Of a DNA stretch of 64,000 bases, positions 46,718 through 59,394 are shown in pieces. The translations under genes and the position numbers were made by a program. The number at the start of each line of letters is the position of its first letter. Within the stretch, counting starts at the first letter, position 1. Location of the stretch: NCBI GenBank assembly GCA_963814585.1, contig CAWFDF010000014.1, positions 192,001-256,000 on the forward strand. Direction: 5' to 3'. The notes beneath the pieces were generated by a model. It ran no database searches. It had not been told where the DNA came from and was given only the letters and a program-made list of their open reading frames with translations. The DNA comes from an uncultured delta proteobacterium (GTDB lineage: Bacteria > Myxococcota > Myxococcia > Myxococcales > Anaeromyxobacteraceae).

Positions 46718-47995
46718 TCACGGGCGCCCGAGCGCCACCAGCAGCTGGGCTCGCGCCGTGGAGAGCTCGTACTGGGCCCCCACCTTCTGCGCCGAGGTCA
46801 GCGTCACCTGGAGCTGGGCGTCCGACTGCTCCAGCGCGTTGCCCGAGCCGGCGAAGTAGCGCCCCTCGGCGAGCCGCAGCCGCTCCCGCGCGCTGGTGAC
46901 GGCCTCATCGGTGGCCACCAGCCTGGCCCGCGCCGAGGCCACGGCGAAGCGCGCCTGCTCCAGGTCGAGCCGGACCTGGAGCCGGAGCGAGGCCAGCTGC
47001 GCCCGCACCGACTCCACTCCGGCCTCGGCCTCGCGCACCAGCGAGCGGGTCATCCCGCCCTCGAAGAGGTTCCAGCTGAGCGAGGCGCCGGCGCTCCAGT
47101 TCCAGGTCGCCTCGGGGCCGCTCAGCCCCGGGCCGACGTCGCTCATCCCGGCCGAGACGCCCAGCGAGGGGAACCAACCGCCACGGGCCGCGGTCACGGT
47201 CGCCTCCTGCGCGCGCAGCTGGGCTTCCAGCGCCGCCACCTCGGGCCGCGCCTGGAGCGCCTCCTCCACGAGCTGCTCGAGGGAGGCGTCCTCCCCGGCC
47301 ACGGCCGGGAGCTGGTCGTCGGCCACGTCGAACTCGGTGGTGGCCTCGATGCCCATGGCCTGGTTGAGCTGGGCCTTGGCGGTCTGGTAGTTGGCCACCG
47401 CGCCGATGCGCGTGACCTCGGCGTTGGCCCGATCGGTGCGAGCCTGGGCGAGGTCGATCTCCGGACGCGTTCCGACCGAGACGAATCCCTGCACCTGGTC
47501 CAGGTGGGCCTGCTGGTTGGCCAGCGTCTCCTCGGCCACCGTCACCAGGTCCTTGCGAGCCCGCGCCGCGAAGAACGCCGTCCGCACGTTGAGCAGGACC
47601 TGCGCCGTGGTGGCCCGCTCGCTGGCCTGCTGTGACGCCGCCAGGGCGCTGGCCGACTGGTACCGCCCCAGCGTGGTCCCGAAGTCCCAGACCACCATCG
47701 ACGCGGTGGCCGAGGCGGTCCAGCGACCGGTCGAGTCCCAGCTCTCGGGGGTGGCCGGGGCCCCCGCCGCGCCCGGCAGGTTGCTGGAGAAGCGCAGGTA
47801 ACCCAGGCCGGCGTCGAGCCGCGGCATGAAGCCGGCCAGGGCCTCCCCGCGACGAGCCTCGGCCACGGCCGTGGCGGCGCGGGCCTGGCGCAGGGCGGGC
47901 TGACCCTGCCTCGCCAGCCTGACCGCCTCGTCGAGCGCGAGGATCGGCCCCGGGCCGGCGGCGAGCAGGAGGACGGCGGCGAGCGCGGCGGTCAT
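46718..47995 (-). CDS. TolC-family outer membrane protein
   Basis: Two OEP repeats (VGTRPEIDLAQA; RYFAGSGNALE); coupled to the permease. Confidence 0.85.
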   Translation of the reverse strand: MTAALAAVLLLAAGPGPILALDEAVRLARQGQPALRQARAATAVAEARRGEALAGFMPRLDAGLGYLRFSSNLPGAAGAPATPESWDSTGRWTASATASMVVWDFGTTLGRYQSASALAASQQASERATTAQVLLNVRTAFFAARARKDLVTVAEETLANQQAHLDQVQGFVSVGTRPEIDLAQARTDRANAEVTRIGAVANYQTAKAQLNQAMGIEATTEFDVADDQLPAVAGEDASLEQLVEEALQARPEVAALEAQLRAQEATVTAARGGWFPSLGVSAGMSDVGPGLSGPEATWNWSAGASLSWNLFEGGMTRSLVREAEAGVESVRAQLASLRLQVRLDLEQARFAVASARARLVATDEAVTSARERLRLAEGRYFAGSGNALEQSDAQLQVTLTSAQKVGAQYELSTARAQLLVALGRP

Positions 47996-49217
47996 TCGAA
48001 CCTCAGGGCCGTGATGGGGTCGAGACGCGAGGCCTTGAGGGCCGGGTAGAACCCGAAGCCGACGCCCACCAGGCCGGAGAAGCCGACGGCGATGAGGATC
48101 ACGTCGGGCCTGATGAGCATCGACCAGCCGAAGGCGCTGGCCAGCCAGCCGGCGATGCCGAGGCCGGCGGCCACGCCGATGAGGCCACCGCTCATCGAGA
48201 GGGCGAGCGCCTCGACCAGGAACTGGAGCTGGATGTCCCGGGCCCGGGCCCCCACCGCCATGCGGACGCCGATCTCCCGCGTCCGCTCCGTGACCGAGAC
48301 CAGCATGATGTTCATGATGCCAATGCCGCCCACGAGCAGTGAGACGGCGGCGATGGCCATGAGCAGCGTGGTGAGGGTCTTGGTCCCCTCCTGCTGGGCG
48401 CTGGCGATCTCGGAGGGGTTGCGGATCTGGAAGTCGTCGTCGGCGTTGAGCGAGAGCCGGTGGCGGTCGCGCAGCAGGCCGCGCACCTGCTGCTGGGCCC
48501 GGGCGTTGCCGTCCTCGCCCCGGCTGCTGACCACGATCTGCCCGGCGATGAAGTTCTTCAGGCCGCCGGAGATCTTCTGCTGGAAGGTGGTGACCGGCAC
48601 CAGCACCACGTCGTCGAAGTCATGCCCGAAGGGCGACTGCCCCTTCCTGGCGAGCACCCCCACCACCATGAACGGGATGTTCTTGACCCGGACCACCTGG
48701 CCGACCGGGTTGGCGTTCGGGCCGTAGAGCTTGTCCACCACCGTCTGGCCCAGGACCGCCACCTTCATGCCGCCGTCCACGTCGGTCTGGGTGAACTCGG
48801 CCCCCAGCGCCACCGGCCAGCTGCGCACCCGCAGGAAGTCGGGCGTGGTCCCCTGGATGGAGGTGTTCCAGTTGGCGTCCTCGGACATCACCTGCGAGCT
48901 GGCGCGGAGCACGGGCGCGGCCTCCCGGACCGCCGAGAGCTCGTTCTGGATGGCCTTCAGGTCGTCCCAGGTCAGCGAGGGGAGCGTGCCGGCGCCGCCC
49001 ATGGCCCCGCCGCCCTGGGAGGAGCCGTTGAGGACGATGAGCATGTTGGAGCCGATGGAGGCGAAGGTCTGCTCGACCCGGGCCTTGGCCCCGTCCCCGA
49101 TGGCCACCATGGCGATGACCGCGGCCACGCCGATGACCACGCCCAGCCCGGTGAGGACGGAGCGCAGCTTGTTCCGCCCCAGGGCGCGCAGCGCCACCCG
49201 CAGCGTCATCAGCCAGT

Positions 49218-49221
<4 letters not shown>
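47992..49221 (-). CDS. MacB-like ABC permease
   Basis: RSVLTGLGVVIGVAAVI, GGIGIMNIMLVSVTERTREIGVRMAVGA, DPITALRFE. Confidence 0.95.
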
Positions 49222-49949
<728 letters not shown>

Positions 49950-49958
49950 GGGCGGCTC

Positions 49959-51239
49959 CTAGAAGGGCCGGCGCATGGCGGCGGCGAACCCGGACGGCGG
50001 GCCGGCGGCGTCCATGACCACCTCGGTGCCGGCCTCCACCTCGCCCTCCACCACCTCGGTGAAGCTCCCGTCGGAGATGCCGGTGCGGACCCGCACCGGC
50101 GCCGGCTGGCCTTCCTTCAGCACCCAGATGGTGCGGCGATCCAGCGCCTCGGGCCCCCGCGCCGCGGGACGGCCACCGGCGCCGCCGGCACCGCCCGCCC
50201 CACCCTCCGCCCGGGCCACCGGGCCGCCGGCGCGCGGCCCGGTGCCCCCGGCCGGGGCCGTCTCGGCCAGCAGCCCCGCCGGCGGCTTGAAGCGGAGCGC
50301 CGCGTTGGGGACCTTCAGCACGTCACCCTTCTCGGCGTAGATGAAGGTGACGTTGGCGGTCATCCCCGGCTTGAGCTTCAGGTCGGGGTTGGCCACGTCG
50401 ATGACGGCGTCGTAGGTGACCACGTTCTGCACGGTCTGTGGCGCGTTCCGGACCTGGCGGACCTTCCCCTTGAAGATCTCCGCCGGGTAGGCGTCCACGG
50501 TGAAGGTGGCGTCCATCCCGGCGCGGAGCCGCCCCACGTCGGCCTCGGCCACGCTGGTGTCCACCTGCATCTGGGCGAGGTCCTCGGCGATGACGAAGAG
50601 GGTCGGCGCCTGCAGCGACGCCGCCACGGTCTGCCCCACGTCGACGTTGCGGGAGATGACCACGCCGTTGGTCGGCGAGCGGATGTCGGTGTAGGCCAGG
50701 TTCACCTCGGCCGAGTGGAGCGCCGCCCGGGTCTGGGCGACCTGCCCCTCGGCGGCCTGCACGCCCGCCGCCAGGGCGTCGGCGTTGGAGACGGCGGTGT
50801 CGGCGTCGGCCTGGGCGATGAGCTTCTTGGCCGCCAGCGCCAGCGCCCGATCGGCCTGGCGCTGGGCGTCGACCGCCTGGGCCCTGGCCTTGGCCAGGTT
50901 GCCCTGGGCCGCCACCAGGTTGGCCCGCTGCTGCTCCACGGTGGCCTGGAAGAGCTGCGGGTCGATCTTGGCGATGAGCTGCCCCTTCTTGACCTGCGAG
51001 TTGAAGTCGGCGTGCAGCTCGGCGATCCGGCCCGAGACCTGGCTGCCGACCTGCACGGTGACGATGGCCGAGAGGGTGCCGCTGGCCGTCACCTTGGCGA
51101 CGATCCGGCCGCGCTCCAGCCGGGTGGTCTCCATCTGCGTCTTGGGCTTCTTGCTCCCCGCGTTCCAGCGCCAGATCCCCATGGCGGCGACGAGCACCGC
51201 GGCGGCGGCGACGAGGGCGTAACGCAGGCGCTTCGACAT
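49959..51239 (-). CDS. MacA-like efflux adaptor
   Basis: VQVGSQVSG, DFNSQVKKGQ, GQTVAASLQAPTLF, QNVVTY, LKPGMTA. Confidence 0.9.
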   Translation of the reverse strand: MSKRLRYALVAAAAVLVAAMGIWRWNAGSKKPKTQMETTRLERGRIVAKVTASGTLSAIVTVQVGSQVSGRIAELHADFNSQVKKGQLIAKIDPQLFQATVEQQRANLVAAQGNLAKARAQAVDAQRQADRALALAAKKLIAQADADTAVSNADALAAGVQAAEGQVAQTRAALHSAEVNLAYTDIRSPTNGVVISRNVDVGQTVAASLQAPTLFVIAEDLAQMQVDTSVAEADVGRLRAGMDATFTVDAYPAEIFKGKVRQVRNAPQTVQNVVTYDAVIDVANPDLKLKPGMTANVTFIYAEKGDVLKVPNAALRFKPPAGLLAETAPAGGTGPRAGGPVARAEGGAGGAGGAGGRPAARGPEALDRRTIWVLKEGQPAPVRVRTGISDGSFTEVVEGEVEAGTEVVMDAAGPPSGFAAAMRRPF

Positions 51240-51314
51240 GGGTGATCTCCGGCGGGCTGGACGTGCGCCGGCTTCATAACACCCGGCCGGGGGATAAGTG
51301 TTCCCCTTCGGCTC

Positions 51315-51345
51315 GTGCCGCGCCCCAGGAAGGGGCGCGGCCCTA
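51315..51345. repeat. Collapsed MITE-end hairpin at the fumarase stop (may act as terminator)
   Basis: GCCGCGCCCC-AGGAA-GGGGCGCGGC 10-bp stem; 51315-51329 is identical to 33796-33810. Confidence 0.6.
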
Positions 51346-52965
51346 CACCCCGAGCTTCTTGAAGAAGTCGGTCCCCTTGTCGTCGACCAGGATGAAGGCC
51401 GGGAAGTTCACCACCTCGATCTTCCAGACGGCCTCCATGCCCAGCTCGGCGAAGTCGAGGACCTCCACCTTCTTGATGTTCTCCTCGGCCAGCACCGCCG
51501 CCGGGCCGCCGATGGAGCCGAGGTAGAACCCGCCGTGCTTCTTGCAGGCGTCGGTGACCTGCTGCGACCGGTTGCCCTTGGCGATCATCACCATCGAGGC
51601 GCCGTGCGACTGCAGCAGCTCGACGTAGGAGTCCATGCGGCCGGCGGTGGTCGGGCCGAAGGAGCCCGAGGGCTTGCCGGGCGGCGTCTTGGCCGGGCCG
51701 GCGTAGTAGACCGGGTGGTCCTTCAGGTACTGCGGCACGCCCTTGCCGGCGTCGATCAGCTCCTTGAACTTGGCGTGGGCGATGTCGCGGGCCACCACCA
51801 GCGTGCCGTTGAGGAGCAGCGGCGTCGAGACCGGGTGCCTGGTCAGCTCGGCCAGGATCTCCTTCATGGGCCGGTTGAGGTCGATCGCGACGCCGTGCCC
51901 GTGCTGGCCGGTCTTGTAGGCGGCCGGGATGAGGCGACCCGGGTCGTGGTCCAGGTCCTCCAGCCAGACGCCGTCCTTGTCGATCTTGGCCTTGATGTTC
52001 CGGTCGGCCGAGCAGGAGACGCCCATGCCCACCGGGCAGGAGGCGCCGTGGCGAGGCAGGCGGACCACCCGGACGTCATGGGCGAAGTACTTGCCGCCGA
52101 ACTGGGCGCCGATGCCGAGCTTGTTGGCGGCCTCCTGCAGCTTCTCCTCCAGCGCCACGTCGCGGAAGGCCTGGCCGGTGGCCCCGCCCTGGGTGGGCAG
52201 GCCGTCGTAGTACTTGGTCGAGGCCAGCTTCACCGTCTTCAGGCAGGCCTCGGCCGAGGTGCCGCCGATGGCGATGGCGATGTGGTAGGGCGGGCAGGCG
52301 GCGGTGCCGAGGTACTTCATCTTGTCGACCAGGAACTTCTCCAGCGTGGCCGGGTTGAGCAGCGCCTTGGTCTCCTGCCAGAGCATGGTCTTGTTGGCGG
52401 AGCCGCCGCCCTTGGCGACGAAGAGGAACTTGTACTCGGCGCCGGGCGTCGCGTAGAGATCGATCTGGGCCGGCAGGTTGTCGCCGGTGTTCTTCTCCTC
52501 GTACAGCGTCAGCGCGCTGGTCTGGGAGTAGCGCAGGTTGTTCTGCTGGTAGGTCTCCCAGATCCCCTGGCTGATGAACTCCTCGTCCTTGACGCCGGTC
52601 CAGACCCCCTGGCCCTTCTTCCCCATCACCGTGGCGGTGCCGGTGTCCTGGCAGATGGGCAGCTCGCCGCGAGCCGCGATCTCGGCGTTGCGCAGGAAGG
52701 CCAGCGCCACGCCCTTGTCGTTCTGCGAGGCCTCCGGGTCGGAGAGGATCTTGGCGACCTGCTCGTTGTGCGCCTTGCGCAGGAAGAACTGGCACTCGCG
52801 CATGGCCTCGCGGGCCACCGTGGTGAGCGCCGCCGGCGCCACCTTGAGGATCGGCTGCCCGTCGAAGGACGCGACCTGGACGCCCTCCTTGCTGATGAGC
52901 CGGTACGGGGTCTCGTCGTGCGCGAGCGGGAACGGATCGGCGTACTTGAACGCGGGCGTCGCCAT
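51343..52965 (-). CDS. fumA: Fumarate hydratase class I (Fe-S)
   Basis: [53 protein letters not shown] 52965 with AGGAG. Confidence 0.95.
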   Translation of the reverse strand: MATPAFKYADPFPLAHDETPYRLISKEGVQVASFDGQPILKVAPAALTTVAREAMRECQFFLRKAHNEQVAKILSDPEASQNDKGVALAFLRNAEIAARGELPICQDTGTATVMGKKGQGVWTGVKDEEFISQGIWETYQQNNLRYSQTSALTLYEEKNTGDNLPAQIDLYATPGAEYKFLFVAKGGGSANKTMLWQETKALLNPATLEKFLVDKMKYLGTAACPPYHIAIAIGGTSAEACLKTVKLASTKYYDGLPTQGGATGQAFRDVALEEKLQEAANKLGIGAQFGGKYFAHDVRVVRLPRHGASCPVGMGVSCSADRNIKAKIDKDGVWLEDLDHDPGRLIPAAYKTGQHGHGVAIDLNRPMKEILAELTRHPVSTPLLLNGTLVVARDIAHAKFKELIDAGKGVPQYLKDHPVYYAGPAKTPPGKPSGSFGPTTAGRMDSYVELLQSHGASMVMIAKGNRSQQVTDACKKHGGFYLGSIGGPAAVLAEENIKKVEVLDFAELGMEAVWKIEVVNFPAFILVDDKGTDFFKKLGV

Positions 52966-53209
52966 GGCGGGCGTCTCCTGTGGGGTGGAAGAGGTCCCGG
53001 CTGCAGCAGCGGGAGCGCGATGAAAGCACGCCGGCGCGCCATCCGTCCACGCATCCCTGCATCGAGAAACCGGAGTGCTCAGGTCCACGCTCCGGCGCCG
53101 TGGCCTGGCCTCCGCGCTCGTCGGCCGCGTCGAGCAGGACACCCTGCGGCGACGTGCCGCGCCCGGTGGACCAGCGCCCCGACCCAGGCAAGGTGCCTGG
53201 CGAAGGGAA

Positions 53210-53581
53210 CTAGGGCGGGGCCACCACGGCGTAGTAGGTCCCCTTGTCGCTCTGGACCGCCCTCAGCCAGTTCGGCCCGCACACGAAGTAGCTGATCCCG
53301 GACGACGCCACCTTGGTGCAGCCTGAGGGCAGGGTCCACATGGTGGTGTTGACCGGGAGCTTCTCGGTGAGGGCCGGCGGAGGCGCCGGGGCCGGGGCGA
53401 CGTAGACCGGCGCGGGCGCCACGTAGACAGGCGCCGGGGCCACGTAGACCGGCACCGGGGCCACGGCGACCACGGCCACGGGACGGTAGACCGGATGACG
53501 GACGACCACGACGGCGCTGGCGGCGCTCGGCGCGATGAGGGCGGCCAGGGCGAGTGCGGCGACCACGGGGCTGGTGCGCAT
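53210..53581 (-). CDS. Small secreted Pro/Val-rich protein
   Basis: GGAG RBS, signal peptide, (VYVAPAP)x3 on a 21-bp repeat, LPSGC...YFVCG..W tail. It is the C-terminal end of chimeric track ORF 53210..56419. Confidence 0.75.
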   Translation of the reverse strand: MRTSPVVAALALAALIAPSAASAVVVVRHPVYRPVAVVAVAPVPVYVAPAPVYVAPAPVYVAPAPAPPPALTEKLPVNTTMWTLPSGCTKVASSGISYFVCGPNWLRAVQSDKGTYYAVVAPP

Positions 53582-53592
53582 GTGCAGTCTCC

Positions 53593-54399
53593 CTAGCGAA
53601 ACGCGCCTGCGGCGGCGCGGAACGGCACCTGGGTGGCGCCCGCCGGCCTGGGCAAGGCGAAGGTGGAGGCCGGCAGCTCCGGATCCAGCTTCCAGTCGGA
53701 GTAGTCGGCCGCGAAGTGGGGTCGGAGCGGGTGATCGGCGTAGACCACGACCGCCCGGGCCGGGAGCCCGGTGGCGGGGTCGACCCAGAGCTGCAGCTCC
53801 ATCGACGGACTGGCCAGCACCACGTGGTCGGTCCTCGTCCCCCCCACGGTGGACTGGCCGACCAGGCTGGCCTGGGTGAGATTCCTGGTGATGACGGCGA
53901 AGGGGTCGGCGACCAGCAGCTCGTCGAAGGGGAAGGAGAGGTCGCCCTGCTCCCCCGCCGCGACGAGCATGGCGTCGATCGTCGGCGGGGCCGCCGTGGT
54001 CCCCCACAGCCCCTTCCCCGGGTCGACGACGGTCATGGACTTGCCGTCGTAGGCGAAGCGGAACTCGGGCAGGTCGCCGGCCCGGCTGGCGGCCAGCTTG
54101 CCCGGGCGCTGCAGCGCCACGGAGGCGTCGTTGACGAAGGTCGCCAGCGCTCCGCCCCCGACCGGCAGCTCCAGGGAGACGCGCGCCTTGAGCGTGAAGG
54201 CCTTCGCCCCCTGCAGCCGCTCGCTCATCTTCTTGACCAGCGCCAGCGCCCGGGCGTCCTTCTCGGGCGGCGGAGGCGCCGGCACGGCGATGACGGCCAC
54301 CGCCTGGTTCGGCGCGGCGGCCGGCGATGACGGCGAGGCCTTCGGGGCGTCGGCCCCGGCGACGAGCAGCAGGGCGGTGGCCCAGGTGGCAAGCGTCAT
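53593..54399 (-). CDS. DUF2092-like periplasmic protein
   Basis: Signal peptide, LVKKMSERL, QRPGKL, FAYDGK, PPTIDAML, QLWVD, YSDW; ATG 54399. Confidence 0.75.
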   Translation of the reverse strand: MTLATWATALLLVAGADAPKASPSSPAAAPNQAVAVIAVPAPPPPEKDARALALVKKMSERLQGAKAFTLKARVSLELPVGGGALATFVNDASVALQRPGKLAASRAGDLPEFRFAYDGKSMTVVDPGKGLWGTTAAPPTIDAMLVAAGEQGDLSFPFDELLVADPFAVITRNLTQASLVGQSTVGGTRTDHVVLASPSMELQLWVDPATGLPARAVVVYADHPLRPHFAADYSDWKLDPELPASTFALPRPAGATQVPFRAAAGAFR

Positions 54400-54589
54400 T
54401 CCGTGTCCCCTTCGCGGCCCATGGCCGGCGGCCGGGAAACATACACCACGCCCGCTCGGTGCGGAGGTCACGGACGGGATCGGCGATCCCGTCTCCACTC
54501 GCCCGGCCCCGCTCCCGCGACCGGGGCCACGCTCGACTCCGCCACCCCGGGGCGGCTAACCTCCGCCGCGAACCCGACCCGGAGGGCGC

Positions 54590-54913
54590 ATGGCCAAGCC
54601 GAAGATCGATGACCTGGTGAAGGGCAAGGGACCGGAGGCCGTCCGCGGCAAGACCGTGGAGGTCCACTACACCGGCTGGCTCACCGACGGGACGAAGTTC
54701 GACTCCTCGGTGGGCGGCGCCCCGTTCTCGTTCTCGCTGGGTGCCGGCGAGGTGATCGAGGGCTGGGACCGAGGCGTGGCTGGCATGAAGGTGGGCGGCA
54801 AGCGCAAGCTCACGCTGCCGCCCGAGCTGGGCTACGGCGCGGCCGGCGCCCCGCCGGACATCCCGCCCGGCGCCACGCTGGTGTTCGAGGTCGAGCTGCT
54901 GGCGGTCTACTGA
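54590..54913 (+). CDS. FKBP-type peptidyl-prolyl cis-trans isomerase
   Basis: [39 protein letters not shown]. Confidence 0.95.
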   Translation: MAKPKIDDLVKGKGPEAVRGKTVEVHYTGWLTDGTKFDSSVGGAPFSFSLGAGEVIEGWDRGVAGMKVGGKRKLTLPPELGYGAAGAPPDIPPGATLVFEVELLAVY

Positions 54914-54969
54914 ACGCTCTGAGGTGCTGCACCGGGCGCGCCCCGGCGCCGGCGCTGTCGCGCTCGCGC

Positions 54970-56419
54970 CTACACCTTCTCGAGGATGGCCCTGAGCAGC
55001 TTCCAGAAATTGGCCACCGAGGGAACGGAGACGTGCTCGTCGGGCGTGTGGACGTCCCACATGCTCGGCCCGATCGAGGCCATCTCCACCGTCCCGTAGT
55101 TCTCGCGGATCAGGCCGCACTCCAGCCCGGCGTGGATGGCCTTGACCTCCATCGCCTTGCCGAACACCTCGGTGTGGACCTGCTGGATCAGCTTCACCAC
55201 GCCGGAGCCCGGCTCCGGCTTCCAGCCCGGGTAGCCGTTGGAGTCGCGCGCCTCGAAGCCGCAGATGGCGGCGATGGCGCCGATGCGGGCGGCCAGCGCG
55301 TACTTGGAGGCGTCGATCGAGCTCCGCGACAGGAAGTTCACCTCCACCTCGCCGGCCCGCGTCTCGACCAGCCCCATGTTGGTGGAGGTCTGGACCAGCC
55401 CCTTGATGTCGGGGCTCATGGCCTCGACGCCGTGCGGCCCGGCCAGCAGCAGCCCGACCACGGCGCGGGCGTCGGCGGCCGACATGGCCCACTCGCCGGT
55501 CCCCGGCTCCAGCCCGATGGCTCACGTTGGGGTCGAAGGCACCGAAGCCGGCCTTCCACTCGGCCTCCAGCCTCGCCACGTCGGCCTTCAGGCCCGCCTC
55601 GTCGCGCGGGTCGGCGAAGATCACGGCCGAGGCCTCGCGGGCGATGGCGTTGCGCTTGTTGCCGCCGGCCACCGAGGCGAGCCCGAGCGGGTAGCGGGCC
55701 ATGAGACGATCGAGCGCCTGGGCCAGGAGGCGCAGCGAGTTGCCCCGCCCGGCGGCGATGTCGATGCCGGAGTGGCCGCCCTTGAGCCCGGAGACCTTGA
55801 GTCGCAGCGCGACGGTGCCGGCGCGAGGCGCGGCCGGAGAGAGCCGGCGCGTGCAGGTGGTGTCGATGCCGCCGGCGCAGCCGATGGTCAGCTCCCCCTC
55901 CTCCTCGCTGTCGAGGTTGAGCATCATCGAGGCCTTGAGCCAGCCGCCGGCGAGCGCCTTGGCGCCCGTCATGCCGGTCTCCTCGTCGGTGGTGATGAGC
56001 ACCTCGAGCGGGCCGTGCTTCAGCTCCGGATCGGCCAGCACCGCCAGCGCCGAGGCCACGCCGATGCCGTTGTCGGCCCCCAGCGTGGTGCCGGTGGCGC
56101 GCAGCACGTCGCCGTCGCGGCGGACCTGGATGGGATCCTTGGCGAAGTCGTGGACCGTCCCCTCGTTCTTCTCGCAGACCATGTCGACGTGGGCCTGCAT
56201 GGCCACCACCGGCCGCCCCTCCCGTCCGGGCGAGGCCGCCTTGCGGACGAGGATGTTGCCGGCCCCGTCCTGCTCCACCTGGCAGCCGATGGCCCTGGCC
56301 TGCGCGACCACCCAGGCCGCGGCGGCCGCCTCCTGCTTGGAGGCGCGGGGAATCCTCGAGAGCTCGAGGAAGTAACGCCAGAGGGGCTTGGGCTCGAGGT
56401 CGGCGAGGAGATCGGTCAC
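54970..56419 (-). CDS. pepD: Aminoacyl-histidine dipeptidase PepD (M20C); +1 frameshift near 55520
   Basis: QAHVDMVCEK, TLGADNGIG, DEETGM, NLDSEE, GGHSG; second half YPGWKP, IHAGLECG, HTPDE. Removing one base gives a 482-aa ORF. Confidence 0.9.
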
Positions 56420-56538
56420 GTGCAGCCTCCGGCAGCGGGTCGGAAACGGGCGCAGGCTATCAGGTCCGGCGCCGGCGGGTGGAGATGGCGCTGCCCGGCG
56501 GACGGGCCGGGGCGGCGCGGGATCGCGTTCGAGGGCGC

Positions 56539-57874
56539 TTACCGGGCGGGCGCCGGGACCGGGGCGGGCGCCGGAGCACGTTGGCCGCCGCGGGGGTCCA
56601 GGGGGCCGTGGGCACCGGGACCACCACGGGGGCCAGCGTCGCGCCGGCGCCGTCGCTCTTCACCGCCAGCAGCAGGAACGTGTCGTCCGGACGGCGGTAG
56701 CCGATCATGAACGGCAGTGGCCTCGCCGGCATCGCCTTGCAGGCCTTGTCCAGGTCATCCTGGAAGTAGTTCCCGAACGGCTTCCGCGGCGCCAGGTACC
56801 TGCCGAAGCAGGTGTGCACCCACTCGCCCTTCACGAAGGCCCGGTACGGGATGCCCGAGTCGTCCTCGACCACGGCGGCGCTGGTCTCGAGCAGCAGCGC
56901 CCGCGTCCTGGAGAAGTTGTTGTCGTGGAGGATGAAGGAGGCGGCCTTGAGGAAGCTGTTGGCCGGGCCGAACGACCGGGCCCAGGGCAGGAAGCCGGGC
57001 TGCTTCGCCAGGTCGTCGTTGTAGAGGTTGACGCGCACGTAGACCATCTCCTGCGGCGCCCTGCCCGCGAGGTGGAACTTCACCTTCACCCCGGGAACGC
57101 CCGGCCCCCACTTCTGGCCGGCCGGCCTCTCGCTGGCGACGCCCCGGGCGTCCACCTCGAAGTAGGCGACCTCGTCGATGGTGGCGCCGGACCGGGAGAG
57201 CATCAGGGCGAGGACGGGCAGGATGCCCTTGATGCCGTGCCCCTGGAAGTCGCTCCCCATCTCCGTGGTCCGGAAGAAGCTCCGCTCCACGAAGGTGACC
57301 AGGCTGCTGGAGAGCCGGTCGATCGCCCTGTGGACCTGGCTGAACTTCATCCTCTCCGGGGCCTCGATCTCGCCGACCGGCTCGAGCCCGGCCAGCAGGT
57401 AGACCGGGGCCCGGGGGAAGAGCTTCACGACGTGCGCGGCGTCCGGGCCGCCGAAGAAGTAGATGACGTTGCGGTCGCCCTGGATGCGCGGGGCCAGCTC
57501 GTCCTGCTGCCAGGCGGTGGCCTTCTCGAGCCGGTCGGCGAGGAGCCTCCACTGCTTGTCCATGGTGGCGGCGTGGTCGCGGTAGTCGGGGGTCGCCTGC
57601 CAGGCGGCCAGCGGGGAGCCGGCCGGGACCGGGAGGCCGGCGAGGAACCTGGCCTGGTCGTCGAGCGTCGACGCCGTGGCCGGAGCGGCGGCCATGGAAG
57701 GCGCCGCCGCCACGGCGGGCGGCGGGACGGCCGCCGCGGGGGTGGCGACCGGCGAGGACGGCGGCGCGGGGGCGGCGGCCGGAGCCGGCTCGTTGGCCGA
57801 GGCCGCCAGGGCCGTCAGGGCGGCGAGGAGCGCGCCGAGTCAGGCGCGCGGAGACTGGTGACCCGCAGTGACAT
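56539..57874 (-). CDS. Secreted hypothetical protein; two apparent -1 frameshifts (~57842 and ~56577)
   Basis: GGAG plus ATG at 57874; signal peptide LGALLAALTALAASA in the main frame; core YFFGGPD, GLEPVG, SFFRT, KAASF, DDSGIP. Adding two bases gives 445 aa ending at TAA 56539. Confidence 0.7.
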
Positions 57875-57984
57875 GGGCTGGATTCTCCGGGGCGCCGCCG
57901 GGGGGAGCGGTCGCGGTGGTCTTCGAGGCGGCGCACCATACAACATCCGGCGACCAGGGCGCCTCCGCGAAGGAGGGAGAGGGC

Positions 57985-59394
57985 TCAGCGCCCCGCGGCC
58001 GAGGCCCGTGCCGCCCAGGCGTCGATCGCCGCCCCGAGCCGGGCCAGCCGCTGGCTGGCGCAGATCGAACGACTCCTCGCAGGGGTGGCGCGGCGCCGCG
58101 GCCCGCTCCGGGTCGACCCAGCGCGTCCCCGCGCTGGAGATCATGGCCACCACGTAACGCCGGGAGGGCTTGCCTGGCAGCGGCTCGACCAGCCCGGCGT
58201 CGGCGGCGAAGTTCCAGGTCAGGCCGGTCTTGTGGAGGAAGCGCACCTCGGCGGCGGCGTTGCAGGGGCGCACGTCGCGGCCGTAGTCGAGCTCCCCCAC
58301 CACCTCCTCGCCGGTCTCGACGTCGAGGAAGTGCGCCGGGACGGCCGCCGGGATCCCGGCCGCCCCGGCGCCGCACTTCGAGCCGGTGGAGAGGATCTCG
58401 TGGCGCGCCTGGTACGCCAGCACCCGCTTCAACCTGGCGCGGGCCGGCTCGGGCAGCGTCTCCCGCACCACCGCCCGGCCCGCCGGCGTCTGCCAGAGCA
58501 CCCCGGGACCGCCGGACACCAGCCAGAGCAGCCGCGCCATGTCCATGGCGGTGGCCTGGATCTCCCCGGGCGCCCAGCGCGAGCCGTCGGCCGGCAGCGT
58601 CCCGTCGATCCGGAGCGTGTGGAGGCCCAGCCCGGCCAGCTCCGCGTTCATCGGCTCCACCTCGCCGCGCACGTGCAGGAAGCGGAGCAGCGCCCGGGTG
58701 GCGCGGTTGTCCGACTCGGTGACCATCAGCTCCAGCCACTCGTCGACGGTGCGCCACTCCGCCCCCGGGGCCGTCCCCTCGGGCACCTCGGCCGAGAGCG
58801 CGATGGCGCCCTGCGCCGCCCGCCGCTCGACGTGGAAGGCGATCAGGAGCTTGAAGAGGCTGGCCGGATAGGGCGCCATGAAGTCGCGGCCCGCGGTCCC
58901 CCGCTCGGGCGCCAGGTCGTCGCCGGCCGTGAAGGGCGGTGCGCGTGGGCCCAGGTCCGCCCGCTCGGCGCTCCAGCGGCGGAACCGGACGTCGGTGGCG
59001 GCGAGGTTGGAGTCGAGCAGCACGACGCGGCCGCGCGGCGCGCTCCAGTCCACCTGCACGTTGGCCGCCTCGACGGCGCGCCCTCGCTCGTCGAGCCGGA
59101 TCACCGCCAGGTCGAGCCACGGTGGGAAGGCGGCACGCCGCAGCGGGATGGGGCAGCCTCGGCCGCCCGGACAGTGACCCTCCTCCGGACCGGCGTCCAC
59201 CAGGTCGTCGAGCCCCGCCTCGTCGAGCGTGAGCAGCAGCGCCTCGGCCAGCGAGGCCGGCTCGGTCCGGACCACCGCCCTGGCGGGCCGGGCGGCTTCC
59301 CCGGCGGCGGGGGCCTGGCCGGGGCCGGCGTGACGGGTGCGGCCAGCAGCAACGCGAGCGCGAGGCCGAGGCTGGCGCCCACGGGATCGCTCAT
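57985..59394 (-). CDS. Serine hydrolase, class A beta-lactamase-like; frameshifts near 59322 and 58068
   Basis: PASLFK (SxxK), SDN, HKTG; signal peptide from ATG 59394 overlapping the peroxidase stop; corrected length 469 aa. Confidence 0.75.

Noticed and set aside
53024..53043. Sigma54 promoter upstream of fumarase (TGGCGCG...TGCT)
   Set aside because: GG-to-GC spacing is 11 nt rather than the required 10.
53210..56419. 1069-aa apparent PepD fusion protein
   Set aside because: Chimera produced by the +1 indel at ~55520 reading through into a separate small gene.
57840..57842. In-frame TGA as selenocysteine or readthrough
   Set aside because: It falls in a signal-peptide region with no start in that frame. 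A one-base deletion links the gene to an RBS-preceded ATG at 57874.
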